From an uncultured Planctomycetota bacterium (GTDB taxonomy: Bacteria > Planctomycetota > Phycisphaerae > Tepidisphaerales > Tepidisphaeraceae), in the NCBI GenBank assembly GCA_963841915.1, contig CAWJEN010000006.1:1024001-1088000 (forward strand): a stretch of 64,000 nt of DNA, read 5' to 3'. The notes beneath the pieces were generated by a model. That model saw nothing but the letters and a program-made list of their open reading frames with translations. It was not told the DNA's origin and made no database searches. Made by a program: the position numbers and the translations under genes. Positions 21,742-29,252 of this stretch are shown here, piece after piece. Each line of letters opens with the position of its first letter. Within the stretch, counting starts at the first letter, position 1.

Positions 21742-22377
21742 TTACGAGCCGGCGGCCGCTTCTGCTTGACTGGACGATCCACCGGCCAGCTTCTTGCGCG
21801 TCGCTTCCTCTGCCTGTTGGTACGCCTCGTCTTCTTCCACGCTGCCGGCGTCGAGCTGGTCCCACAGATGCATGAGATCGTTACCGCTTTTGCCCAGCTC
21901 CGCCGACTCGATCGCCTCGCGGTCAGCCATGCCGCCGATCTCGAGCAGTTGATCAAGCTTTTCGGCGTACACCTCCTGCCCCACCGCGTCGCTTTCGAGC
22001 CACCCGCTGACCTTGGCCATGTCCTTGGCAGTGAGATTCAATCGGCCGGCCCCGCTGGACGACTGCTGATTTTCTTTCACCATCCGCAGCCGGGCGACCG
22101 TCATGAGCTCTTTGCTCCGCAGGTTCAGCTCGCGGGCGGCCATGAGCTGTTCCTGCGTCTTGAGCTCGAAGTCCTGGGCCAGCGTCTTTCGCAGCTCCGG
22201 CGAACTCGACTGCTTGCCCTGCCTGAAGATTTCGTGCTTCTTCTGGGCGATGTCGTCGACGTTCTTGAACAGCTTGTCGCGACGCTTGGTGATGAGGATC
22301 TCCTCACGACGAAGCTCGCCGCGCGACAGCTGGCTGAGCGTCTTGTTCCGCCCGAAGATGCGATCGATCAGGGCCAC
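21742..22377 (-). CDS. ESCRT-III-like helical protein, 211 aa
   Basis: N-terminal amphipathic MALIDRIFG; basic coiled-coil hairpin then acidic tail; GTG start. Confidence 0.6.
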   Translation of the reverse strand: MALIDRIFGRNKTLSQLSRGELRREEILITKRRDKLFKNVDDIAQKKHEIFRQGKQSSSPELRKTLAQDFELKTQEQLMAARELNLRSKELMTVARLRMVKENQQSSSGAGRLNLTAKDMAKVSGWLESDAVGQEVYAEKLDQLLEIGGMADREAIESAELGKSGNDLMHLWDQLDAGSVEEDEAYQQAEEATRKKLAGGSSSQAEAAAGS

Positions 22378-22391
22378 GGTGCTGCTTTTCC

Positions 22392-23939
22392 TCAGTTGGC
22401 CTCTGCCCGCCGGGCCGGAGCGGCCTCGGGCTCGTCTTCAACAGGTGCTTCGACCTCGAACGCCCCGGCTGCCGGGTCTTTGGCCTTTTGCTTCGTCACC
22501 GGAATCTCACGCTCGAACGATGGCGTCTCGGCCTCCTTCGCCTTCATCGACTCGGCCGTCAGCTCGGCGTAGAGACGTTCTTCCTCGTCGCTCAAGCCCG
22601 TCGCGCCCGTCGAACCACCGGCCAGCTCGTCGGCCATTTCGGTCGTCACCTGCAGGTCGGCCAAGACCTCCTCGGCCCGGGCGGCGTCGTTGGCCAGCTC
22701 GTCGGCCGTCGGTAGCTTGCCGGCGACGCTGCCGGCCCGGGCCAGCTCCAGGTTGTGCAGGTGCGTGCCGACGACGTTGATCTGCTGGTTCAGCACGCCC
22801 ACCGTCTGCCGGCGGCGGTCGACGTCTTTACCGAGCTGCACGAGCTGGCTCGTGATGCGACGCCTGGCACCAGTCGACTCCTCCGCCGCGAATGACGCTT
22901 TAAGTTCCCGCTCGCGATCCTCGAGCGTCGCCATCTCGTCGTATTGGCGGTCGCGCTGGCGCGACAACGCCGCCCGCTGTTCGGCGAGTTCTGACAAGCG
23001 GGCCTCGGGTGAGACGTTGGCCCCGAGCATGCGACGCAGACGGTCCATGGTCGAAAGTGTACCCGACGATGCCGCCTGCGACCCGGCCCCTTGCGACGTG
23101 CCAGTCAAACTTTCGTCACGGAACAACATCGGCACGCCGTTCACCGGCTTGACCCGCAACGGCTCGCCGCTCCGCGCCGCCCATTGCTGCGTCGCCAACG
23201 CCACCGCACCGATCGGCAGATTCAATTGGTCGGCCAAGTCGTCCAAAGCGACGGCACCGGTGAGCAGGTCGATCTTCCGCTTGTCCAACGCCGCCGCGAC
23301 ACGGGCCTGCCGCTCGGCAGGTGCTTCGGGATCGAGCATCGCGATCAATCGTCCCGCAGCCGCCGGACCGGTCAACGTGAACCCACCGGCGTCGTTGGGC
23401 TCGATCAGAATCGTCGGAGGCCCGTCGACGAAGCTGCGGGCGACCTGCCTCGCTTCCTCCGTGAATCCACTGCCGCTGAACAGGATCAGCGTCATCGGTC
23501 CGCCGAATTGGTCGGACGGCGTCTTGCTGTCGCCTGGTGGTGGCAGTTGCCCGACCCGACGGCGAACGTCGTCTGATCCCATCGGCACGGGCTCGCGGCC
23601 ACGTGCAAGATCATCCCAGGGCGGCATCGACGCGAATCGAACGTGCGCTACCGGTTGCCGAAACGCCAGCAACACCTGACGGCCCAGCGACGCATCGAGG
23701 CCTTCGCCGATCGGCATCGCGTCTTGAAGCTCAAAGTCCGGCCGATCGGCGGCGACGAGCGACTGCTTCACCGCAGCCGCCTGATTCCACCGCACCACAA
23801 TCGGCGAAAACGCCATCGCCGGCTTCGGCCCAAGCGTCGTCGGCACGACGAACGCCCGGTCCGACAACAACCCGGTAACGTGGCTCACCACGCGTCGTTC
23901 ACTCTCCCGCTGCTTTCTGGCGGCTTGCGTGTCGCTCAT
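22392..23939 (-). CDS. Multidomain protein: nuclease-like N-domain, winged helix, C-terminal ESCRT-III (Snf7-like) domain
   Basis: 'TLILFSGSGFTEEAR'; HTH + beta wing 'VALDDLADQLNLPIGAVA...LRVKPVNGVPMLF'; from aa 298 a coiled-coil hairpin ending 'LSDEEERLYAEL'. Confidence 0.6.
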   Translation of the reverse strand: MSDTQAARKQRESERRVVSHVTGLLSDRAFVVPTTLGPKPAMAFSPIVVRWNQAAAVKQSLVAADRPDFELQDAMPIGEGLDASLGRQVLLAFRQPVAHVRFASMPPWDDLARGREPVPMGSDDVRRRVGQLPPPGDSKTPSDQFGGPMTLILFSGSGFTEEARQVARSFVDGPPTILIEPNDAGGFTLTGPAAAGRLIAMLDPEAPAERQARVAAALDKRKIDLLTGAVALDDLADQLNLPIGAVALATQQWAARSGEPLRVKPVNGVPMLFRDESLTGTSQGAGSQAASSGTLSTMDRLRRMLGANVSPEARLSELAEQRAALSRQRDRQYDEMATLEDRERELKASFAAEESTGARRRITSQLVQLGKDVDRRRQTVGVLNQQINVVGTHLHNLELARAGSVAGKLPTADELANDAARAEEVLADLQVTTEMADELAGGSTGATGLSDEEERLYAELTAESMKAKEAETPSFEREIPVTKQKAKDPAAGAFEVEAPVEDEPEAAPARRAEAN

Positions 23940-24058
23940 GCCGCCCCCTGATGTGGATCATCGAACCGTCGCCCGACGTAGCGCGTCGACGCGATGCCGA
24001 GGCACCCCATGGCCCACGCCCAGCCCGCAACACTCAGTAGCATGATCGCAAAGCCCAT
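23936..24058 (-). CDS. 40-aa single-TM peptide
   Basis: MGFAIMLLSVAGWAWAMGCLGIASTRYVGRR...; stop overlaps the next start (ATGA); fills the operon gap. Confidence 0.5.
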   Translation of the reverse strand: MGFAIMLLSVAGWAWAMGCLGIASTRYVGRRFDDPHQGAA

Positions 24059-24098
24059 TCGTCGGCCAACACCGTAGGTCGCCCGTCGCCGCGGCAAG

Positions 24099-25007
24099 CT
24101 AGCCCAGTGCTTCCGTCGTCGGCGTGACCCGGCCGCACCGCGGGCAGAACGTTGCATCGACCGGAAGCTCGGCCCGACAGTCCTCGTGCGGACAATGCCG
24201 TGCCCGCCCGACCATCGCCGGCACCGCCTGCTTGGGCCGCTTGTCCCGCACGCGGCCGCGGAGCACGACGCCGAGCCTTTGCAACTGCTGCCGATCCGTT
24301 CGCGTCACGATGCGACGCAACGCGACGACGCTCACCGCCATGGGCAGCGCCCAGGTGATGCCCGTGTAGGCCAGCACGATTGCTGCCGTGGTCGGCACGA
24401 TGGCCATGCCGAAGTCCCATGCTTTGGGCGACTTCCAGGTTGCTTCGTCGAAGTGTCGGACAAAGCTCAACCCGGATCGGCCGTGCAGGTTGGCCCCAAC
24501 CCATGTGAGGAGAAATGAGAGGCCAATGAGCCCGAGAAACGCCATCTGCGGCGGCTTGGGCTCGCTGCCGCGGAACGGGTCGACGAGCCAAAGCCGCCAC
24601 AACGGCTCACCGATGACGAGGTGCATGACGGCAGCCAACCCCGCCGCCAACGCCACCGCCTGGGCGGCCAGTGCCAGCACCTTCGCTGCGTGATCCTTCG
24701 CCTCGTCACCCGCCTTGCCGTCGAGCCTGGCCCAGTCGGCGACATGGCCCAGCACGTCTCGTCGCCACCGAACCGCGGTTCTAAGACACGATGCGTTGAT
24801 CCACGCCGGCCCCAACCCGGCTGTCGCAAGCCCGAGAACAAACGTCTGCCACACGTGCCCCTGCGTCGCCTCGGGCGGCGTGCGATCCAGCGTCGTCAGC
24901 AACGTCGACGTCAGCAGAGGCGGCGATTCGCCTCCGTCTGTGGCGTGCATGTCGTCGAGCACTTTCATCGCGTTGTCTTGTCGATCTGAAGACGCAGCTG
25001 CCCACAA
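24099..25007 (-). CDS. Multi-pass membrane protein with C-terminal zinc ribbon (start 25007 or 24968)
   Basis: About four hydrophobic segments; CPHEDC-x10-CPRCG. Confidence 0.7.
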   Translation of the reverse strand: MWAAASSDRQDNAMKVLDDMHATDGGESPPLLTSTLLTTLDRTPPEATQGHVWQTFVLGLATAGLGPAWINASCLRTAVRWRRDVLGHVADWARLDGKAGDEAKDHAAKVLALAAQAVALAAGLAAVMHLVIGEPLWRLWLVDPFRGSEPKPPQMAFLGLIGLSFLLTWVGANLHGRSGLSFVRHFDEATWKSPKAWDFGMAIVPTTAAIVLAYTGITWALPMAVSVVALRRIVTRTDRQQLQRLGVVLRGRVRDKRPKQAVPAMVGRARHCPHEDCRAELPVDATFCPRCGRVTPTTEALG

Positions 25008-25046
25008 CGTGCGACGCTCGGATGCAGCACCGCTCGCTTCGCAGGT

Positions 25047-25364
25047 TCAAGCCACAGCCGGTGCATTCGAGAGCATCCGACCGCAATGCCGACAGTACCG
25101 TGCGGCCTGTGGATTGATGGTCCGACAGACCGGATCAGGACACGCCCGACGACTTGGCGTCACGTCGCCCTTGCGGCGGCCGACGGTCGGCCAGATGGCC
25201 AGCTTGGTCATGATCATGACCAGGCCGCGGAGGGCGATCCAGCCGACCCAGAAGACGAATGCGACAGCCGTTAATGCCGTAATGCCTGCCGTGAACAGCA
25301 CGAACAAAGCGGCCTCCGGCGAGGCGAGCGGTTGGGCGAAATGGACGGTGAGGTCTGCGGACAT
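25047..25364 (-). CDS. Small membrane protein with C-terminal zinc ribbon
   Basis: Long hydrophobic segment; CPDPVC-x10-CRHCG. Confidence 0.75.
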   Translation of the reverse strand: MSADLTVHFAQPLASPEAALFVLFTAGITALTAVAFVFWVGWIALRGLVMIMTKLAIWPTVGRRKGDVTPSRRACPDPVCRTINPQAARYCRHCGRMLSNAPAVA

Positions 25365-25376
25365 CGGACCGGTATC

Positions 25377-25724
25377 TTACGCGATGGGCGACGCCAAGGT
25401 GCGGCCGCAACGCCGACAGAATCGGGCACCGGCCGGATTCTCGCAGCTGCAACGCAGGTTGCCGCAAGGTACGCCCAGCGTCACCGGCGAGACCACGTAC
25501 CGCGACCGCCCGCCCAACGACGGGCCGATTCCGATCGCCCGGAACGGCAGCGCGATGACCCAGCCGACGGTGTACCCGATGCCCTCGAGCACGGTCGCCA
25601 GCAGCCTGATCGTGCCGCGAATGAGCAGAAGGAGACCGCCGATCGTCCAGATGAGCAGGTACGAGGCGAAGATCGACACGAGGACGACCCCGACCATGAG
25701 CACGATGGTTTTGACGATCATCAT
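25377..25724 (-). CDS. Small membrane protein with C-terminal zinc ribbon
   Basis: Hydrophobic N-half; CGNLRC-x10-CRRCG; ATGA overlap with the kinase stop. Confidence 0.75.
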   Translation of the reverse strand: MMIVKTIVLMVGVVLVSIFASYLLIWTIGGLLLLIRGTIRLLATVLEGIGYTVGWVIALPFRAIGIGPSLGGRSRYVVSPVTLGVPCGNLRCSCENPAGARFCRRCGRTLASPIA

Positions 25725-26818
25725 GCCTTGCCTCCTGTCGCGGCGGCTTTGGACCCGCTCAGGCCGTTGCCGCAGAACATGCAGTACGCGTCACCGGGCG
25801 CCGGGAACGCCCCGCACTTGCCGCAGCGACAGATCGCCTCGACGAGTTGCTTGCCGCACCGCATGCAGAACTGGTCGTTGGGGTCGGCCCTGCCGCCACA
25901 AGACGGGCAGCTGCCGGCCGCAAGCTGTTTCAGGCCTTCCGGCACCTGCGCTCGTGACGGGGCTGATGCACTGCCGATGAGCGCGGCCGCAAATGCGCCG
26001 GCAGAGGCAAAGCGGTTGTCGAGCCTCGCATAGCTACGCCGGAACGCTTCGTCCAAGTGCGACGGCACGTTCTTGACGAGATCGCTCGGCACGTCCGTAC
26101 CGGCCGGTCGTTCGCCCGTGAGCATCTCGAAGAGCATCACGCCACACGCGTACACATCGGCTCGGCCGTCGACGTTGGCGTTGGTCCGCTGCTCGGGCGC
26201 CATGTAGTCGAGGCTGCCGGCAACGCTGCCGGTGGCCGTGTTGTCGGTCGTGAAGACGAGACTGCCGGCCCCGCCCGTGGCAACGCCACTGGCCGCGTGC
26301 TCGGCGGCACCGAGGCCGAAATCAGTCAATTTCACCAGGCCGTCGCCGGCCAATCCCGGGCCGCCCGCTTTGAGGGCCTGCTCGTGGATGAGAACGTTCT
26401 CGGGCTTGACGTCGCGGTGGACGACGCCCCGCTCGTGGGCGTGGGAAAGGGCGGCCAGAACCTGGGCGAGGACAGCCGTCGCATCATCGGGCCTCATTCT
26501 TCCGCGGCCGATGAGGTCGCGCAGCGTCGTGCCCGGCACGTACTCCATGACGAGGTAAGGCGTCTCGGCAAACGGGTCGATGCCGATCGCCTTGACGATG
26601 CCGATGTGGTCGAGCCGGTGGGCCATCACGCCCTCACGACGCAACGCCTGGAGATAAGCCGGGTCGCGCGGCAGTTTGACGGCGGCAATCTGGTCGGCCC
26701 AGACGTGGTGGCGGGCCCGCCACACGTCGCCGAACGTGCCGTGGCCGACGGGCGACTCCAGCACCCACTCGGCGATACGGCTGCCTTCGCGTGGTTGTCG
26801 TGCGTCTGACTTTGGCAT
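25721..26818 (-). CDS. Hanks-type Ser/Thr protein kinase with C-terminal double zinc ribbon
   Basis: GHGTFGDV, AAVK, HRDVKPEN, DFG, YMAPE; CPSCG..CMRCG and CGKCG..CMFCG; no TM. Confidence 0.92.
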   Translation of the reverse strand: MPKSDARQPREGSRIAEWVLESPVGHGTFGDVWRARHHVWADQIAAVKLPRDPAYLQALRREGVMAHRLDHIGIVKAIGIDPFAETPYLVMEYVPGTTLRDLIGRGRMRPDDATAVLAQVLAALSHAHERGVVHRDVKPENVLIHEQALKAGGPGLAGDGLVKLTDFGLGAAEHAASGVATGGAGSLVFTTDNTATGSVAGSLDYMAPEQRTNANVDGRADVYACGVMLFEMLTGERPAGTDVPSDLVKNVPSHLDEAFRRSYARLDNRFASAGAFAAALIGSASAPSRAQVPEGLKQLAAGSCPSCGGRADPNDQFCMRCGKQLVEAICRCGKCGAFPAPGDAYCMFCGNGLSGSKAAATGGKA

Positions 26819-26880
26819 CGTGCTCACTTCGCGTCCGTGGTTCCCCGCACAAGGTACCACGAAAAGCGGACCATGGGCAG

Positions 26881-26897
26881 GGCAAAGTTGGCGCCAA
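26881..26897 (-). promoter_or_regulatory. Sigma-54 (-24/-12) promoter of the kinase/ESCRT-III-like operon
   Basis: Minus strand TTGGCGCCAACTTTGCC = GG-N10-GC, about 63 nt upstream of the kinase ATG. Confidence 0.6.
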
Positions 26898-26966
26898 ACC
26901 CGGCGAAAGCTGTCGCAACTTTCGGCAGGTGGCTCGCCAGGCCTGTCGCCGAAGAGCCCCGCGGGG

Positions 26967-27362
26967 TCATCCGACGAGTCGGTCGGCGATGAAGTCGCAG
27001 GTCAGGAGATTGTACGCCGTGGCCAGCAGTGCCCCGACGATGAAAAACCCGATCGCGACGCCGCCTCCGACGCCAAAATCAAACATCCACCAGAGTCCGA
27101 GAAGTTCCAGCAGCGAGACCGTTGCGACCAGAAAAATGCCCGCACCGTTCGAATCGGCCCGCGCAACTTTGACGACCACGCCCACCAGCACCCAGGGCGT
27201 CACGGCGACGATGAGCACCCACGCCACGATCTTGCCCCCCGCGTCGAAGAACACCGCCCGCCCTTCGGGCCCCGCCTGCCAGAACGCGATAGCCGCCACA
27301 ACGACGGCCAGGAAGACGAACCCGCCGACGACCTTGCCGCCGATGCCTTTGAGGAAGTCCAT
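26967..27362 (-). CDS. Four-TM membrane protein, hypothetical
   Basis: 131 aa, mostly hydrophobic; same strand, just upstream of the kinase operon. Confidence 0.75.
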   Translation of the reverse strand: MDFLKGIGGKVVGGFVFLAVVVAAIAFWQAGPEGRAVFFDAGGKIVAWVLIVAVTPWVLVGVVVKVARADSNGAGIFLVATVSLLELLGLWWMFDFGVGGGVAIGFFIVGALLATAYNLLTCDFIADRLVG

Positions 27363-27450
27363 GGCGTGGGATGGTACGGGAACCGAATCGAACGGCTCAG
27401 CTTCGACATCTGGAGAACTAGACGGCGTGACAGCTTAAGCTTAATCCGAG

Positions 27451-28434
27451 ATGCCGCGGACGCTCGATTACGCCCGGCAGCAGACATCTGGCGGGCCTCG
27501 ACTCGACGTGTGCGTCATCATCGCCGTTTGGGCGACGGCGTGCCTGCCCTTTCTGGCGATTCTCGGCGATGTTTTGCGTGGTCTGGCCAATTTGCTGACC
27601 GCGCTGGCTGCGGCGATTGCCGTCATAGCCGCGATCATCGGCATCGTGCGGACCTCGACGTTTCGCGGCATTCGGATCGTGACCGTCCATCGCCCGACCT
27701 ACGGCACCGGGCTGGCGGCAGCGTGCCTCATCATCGGCGGACTCGTTCTGCTGGCGAACCTGATGCCGACCTACAGCGGCCGATCGCCAAAGGCGGCAGC
27801 CATGGTCAAGTGCGGATTTAATCTGCGGCAGATCGGCTTTGCCGCACGGCAGTATGCCCAACTTTATGGAGAATTTCCGAGCGACTTCGAAACGCTGATC
27901 GAGTTAACGGATCTGTCAGCGGAGAGTCTCGTGTGCCCTCATCATGACCTTCCCCGCGGCCAAAGAGGGTTGACGTACAGCTATGTCCCGCTGATGCACG
28001 GACTGACGCCGGCATCACCACCCGATCTTGTGGCTGCGATCTGTCCCTCATACCTCCATCAAAACGACGGAGGCAACGTGCTCTATGCGGACGGGAGCGT
28101 GCGCTTCGAACGACATGACCTGTTGCCGATTCTGCTCGGTGAACAGTTCGCCCGGCCATCGACGCGGCCGGTCGGACAGGTTGACGACGGGCTGAGTGAT
28201 CGAGAAGACCCAGGCGCCGGTGCCACTGATTGGCCGCATTCTGATGCGGACAACCAGTGTCGGTGGCGTATCGCAGCCCAGCCCGGGAGACATAGTCTGC
28301 GTCACATATCCACGCGGGGAAACCGTGTCCGGTGGCGGCAGCGGCACGGTTTGCCCGCCGCAGACGGCGGCTCATACCGTGGCACCGCGGTTCGTCCGCC
28401 GGCCGAATTATTCCGAGTCGCCTGGTGCTTTTGA
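27451..28434 (+). CDS. Membrane protein with H-X9-DG motif (DUF1559 C-terminus-like); C-terminal part runs into a repeat array
   Basis: Three TM segments, 'CGFNLRQIGFAARQY', 'HQNDGGNVLYADGSV'. Confidence 0.7.
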   Translation: MPRTLDYARQQTSGGPRLDVCVIIAVWATACLPFLAILGDVLRGLANLLTALAAAIAVIAAIIGIVRTSTFRGIRIVTVHRPTYGTGLAAACLIIGGLVLLANLMPTYSGRSPKAAAMVKCGFNLRQIGFAARQYAQLYGEFPSDFETLIELTDLSAESLVCPHHDLPRGQRGLTYSYVPLMHGLTPASPPDLVAAICPSYLHQNDGGNVLYADGSVRFERHDLLPILLGEQFARPSTRPVGQVDDGLSDREDPGAGATDWPHSDADNQCRWRIAAQPGRHSLRHISTRGNRVRWRQRHGLPAADGGSYRGTAVRPPAELFRVAWCF

Positions 28435-28851
28435 TTGGGCCTGGTGCCACTGATTGGCCGCATTCTGATGCGGACAACCAGTGTCGGTGACGTACCGCAG
28501 CCCGAGCCGGGTGACGTAGTCTGCGCCGTATGTCCACACGCGTAAACCATGTCCGGCGGCGGCAGCGGCACGGTTTGCCCGCCGCAGACGGCGGCTCATA
28601 CCGTGGCACCGCGGTTCGTCCGCCGGCCGAATTATTCCGAGTCGCCTGGTGCTTTTGATTGGGCCTGGTGCCACTGATTGGCCGCATTCTGATGCGGACA
28701 ACCAGTGTCGGTGACGTACCGCAGCCCGAGCCGGGTGACGTAGTCTGCGCCGTATGTCCACACGCGTAAACCATGTCCGGCGGCGGCAGCGGCACGGTTT
28801 GCCCGCCGCAGACGGCGGCTCAAACCGTGGCACCGCGCTTCGTCCGCCGGC
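28219..28851. repeat. Tandem array of about 2.8 x 224-bp units, each with two opposed REP-like palindromes
   Basis: GGTGCCACTGATTGGCCGCATTCTGATGCGGACAACCAGTG recurs at 28219, 28443 and 28667. Confidence 0.92.
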
Positions 28852-29060
28852 AGACACGTTGCGGGTCGCTCGGTGCCGCGGCATGTCTCATTGAGATACG
28901 TTGGCGGAACACGCGTTGCGCCGCGGCGGCCGCGGCGGCGCGTGTTGTAATCGGGCGTACGGTGTACGGCGGCGGACTTGTTTGTCCGTCCAAAAGCTGC
29001 ACGGCGAATAACATTTTTAACGCGTGGCCGACGACCCGCCGACGTACTCGGCGGAGTCGA

Positions 29061-29076
29061 TGTTCCACGTGGAACA
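29061..29076. promoter_or_regulatory. parS-type centromere site
   Basis: Perfect palindrome TGTTCCACGTGGAACA. Confidence 0.85.
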
Positions 29077-29127
29077 TTCGGCGGCGGTTGCCGACACGGC
29101 TGGTGACGCGTGGCGAGGGTCGGCCGA

Positions 29128-29143
29128 TGTTCCACGTGGAACA
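29128..29143. promoter_or_regulatory. parS-type centromere site
   Basis: Perfect palindrome TGTTCCACGTGGAACA. Confidence 0.85.
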
Positions 29144-29192
29144 TTCGACCCACCGCCAACCGCCGCCGCCCACGTGGCCGCCGCGGCGCAAC

Positions 29193-29229
29193 AAAAAATG
29201 CCCCGCGGCTGGTTAGGCCGCGGGGCATT
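29193..29229 (-). terminator. Intrinsic terminator of dnaK
   Basis: AATGCCCCGCGGC / GCCGCGGGGCATT stem; A6 run gives a U tract on the minus strand; just downstream of the dnaK stop. Confidence 0.88.
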
Positions 29230-29252
29230 CGTGGTGGGGGTGAAGGGAGCGC

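Noticed and set aside
21119..22377. Calling the helical genes pspA
   Set aside because: No clear match to the canonical PspA pattern and no pspB/C/F neighbours; left as ESCRT-III-like without a symbol.
28219..28851. Possible CRISPR array
   Set aside because: Units are 224 bp, the intervening sequences are near-identical rather than unique spacers, and no cas genes are present.
28850..29060. oriC next to the parS sites
   Set aside because: Only a very short AT-rich patch and no clear TTATCCACA DnaA-box cluster.
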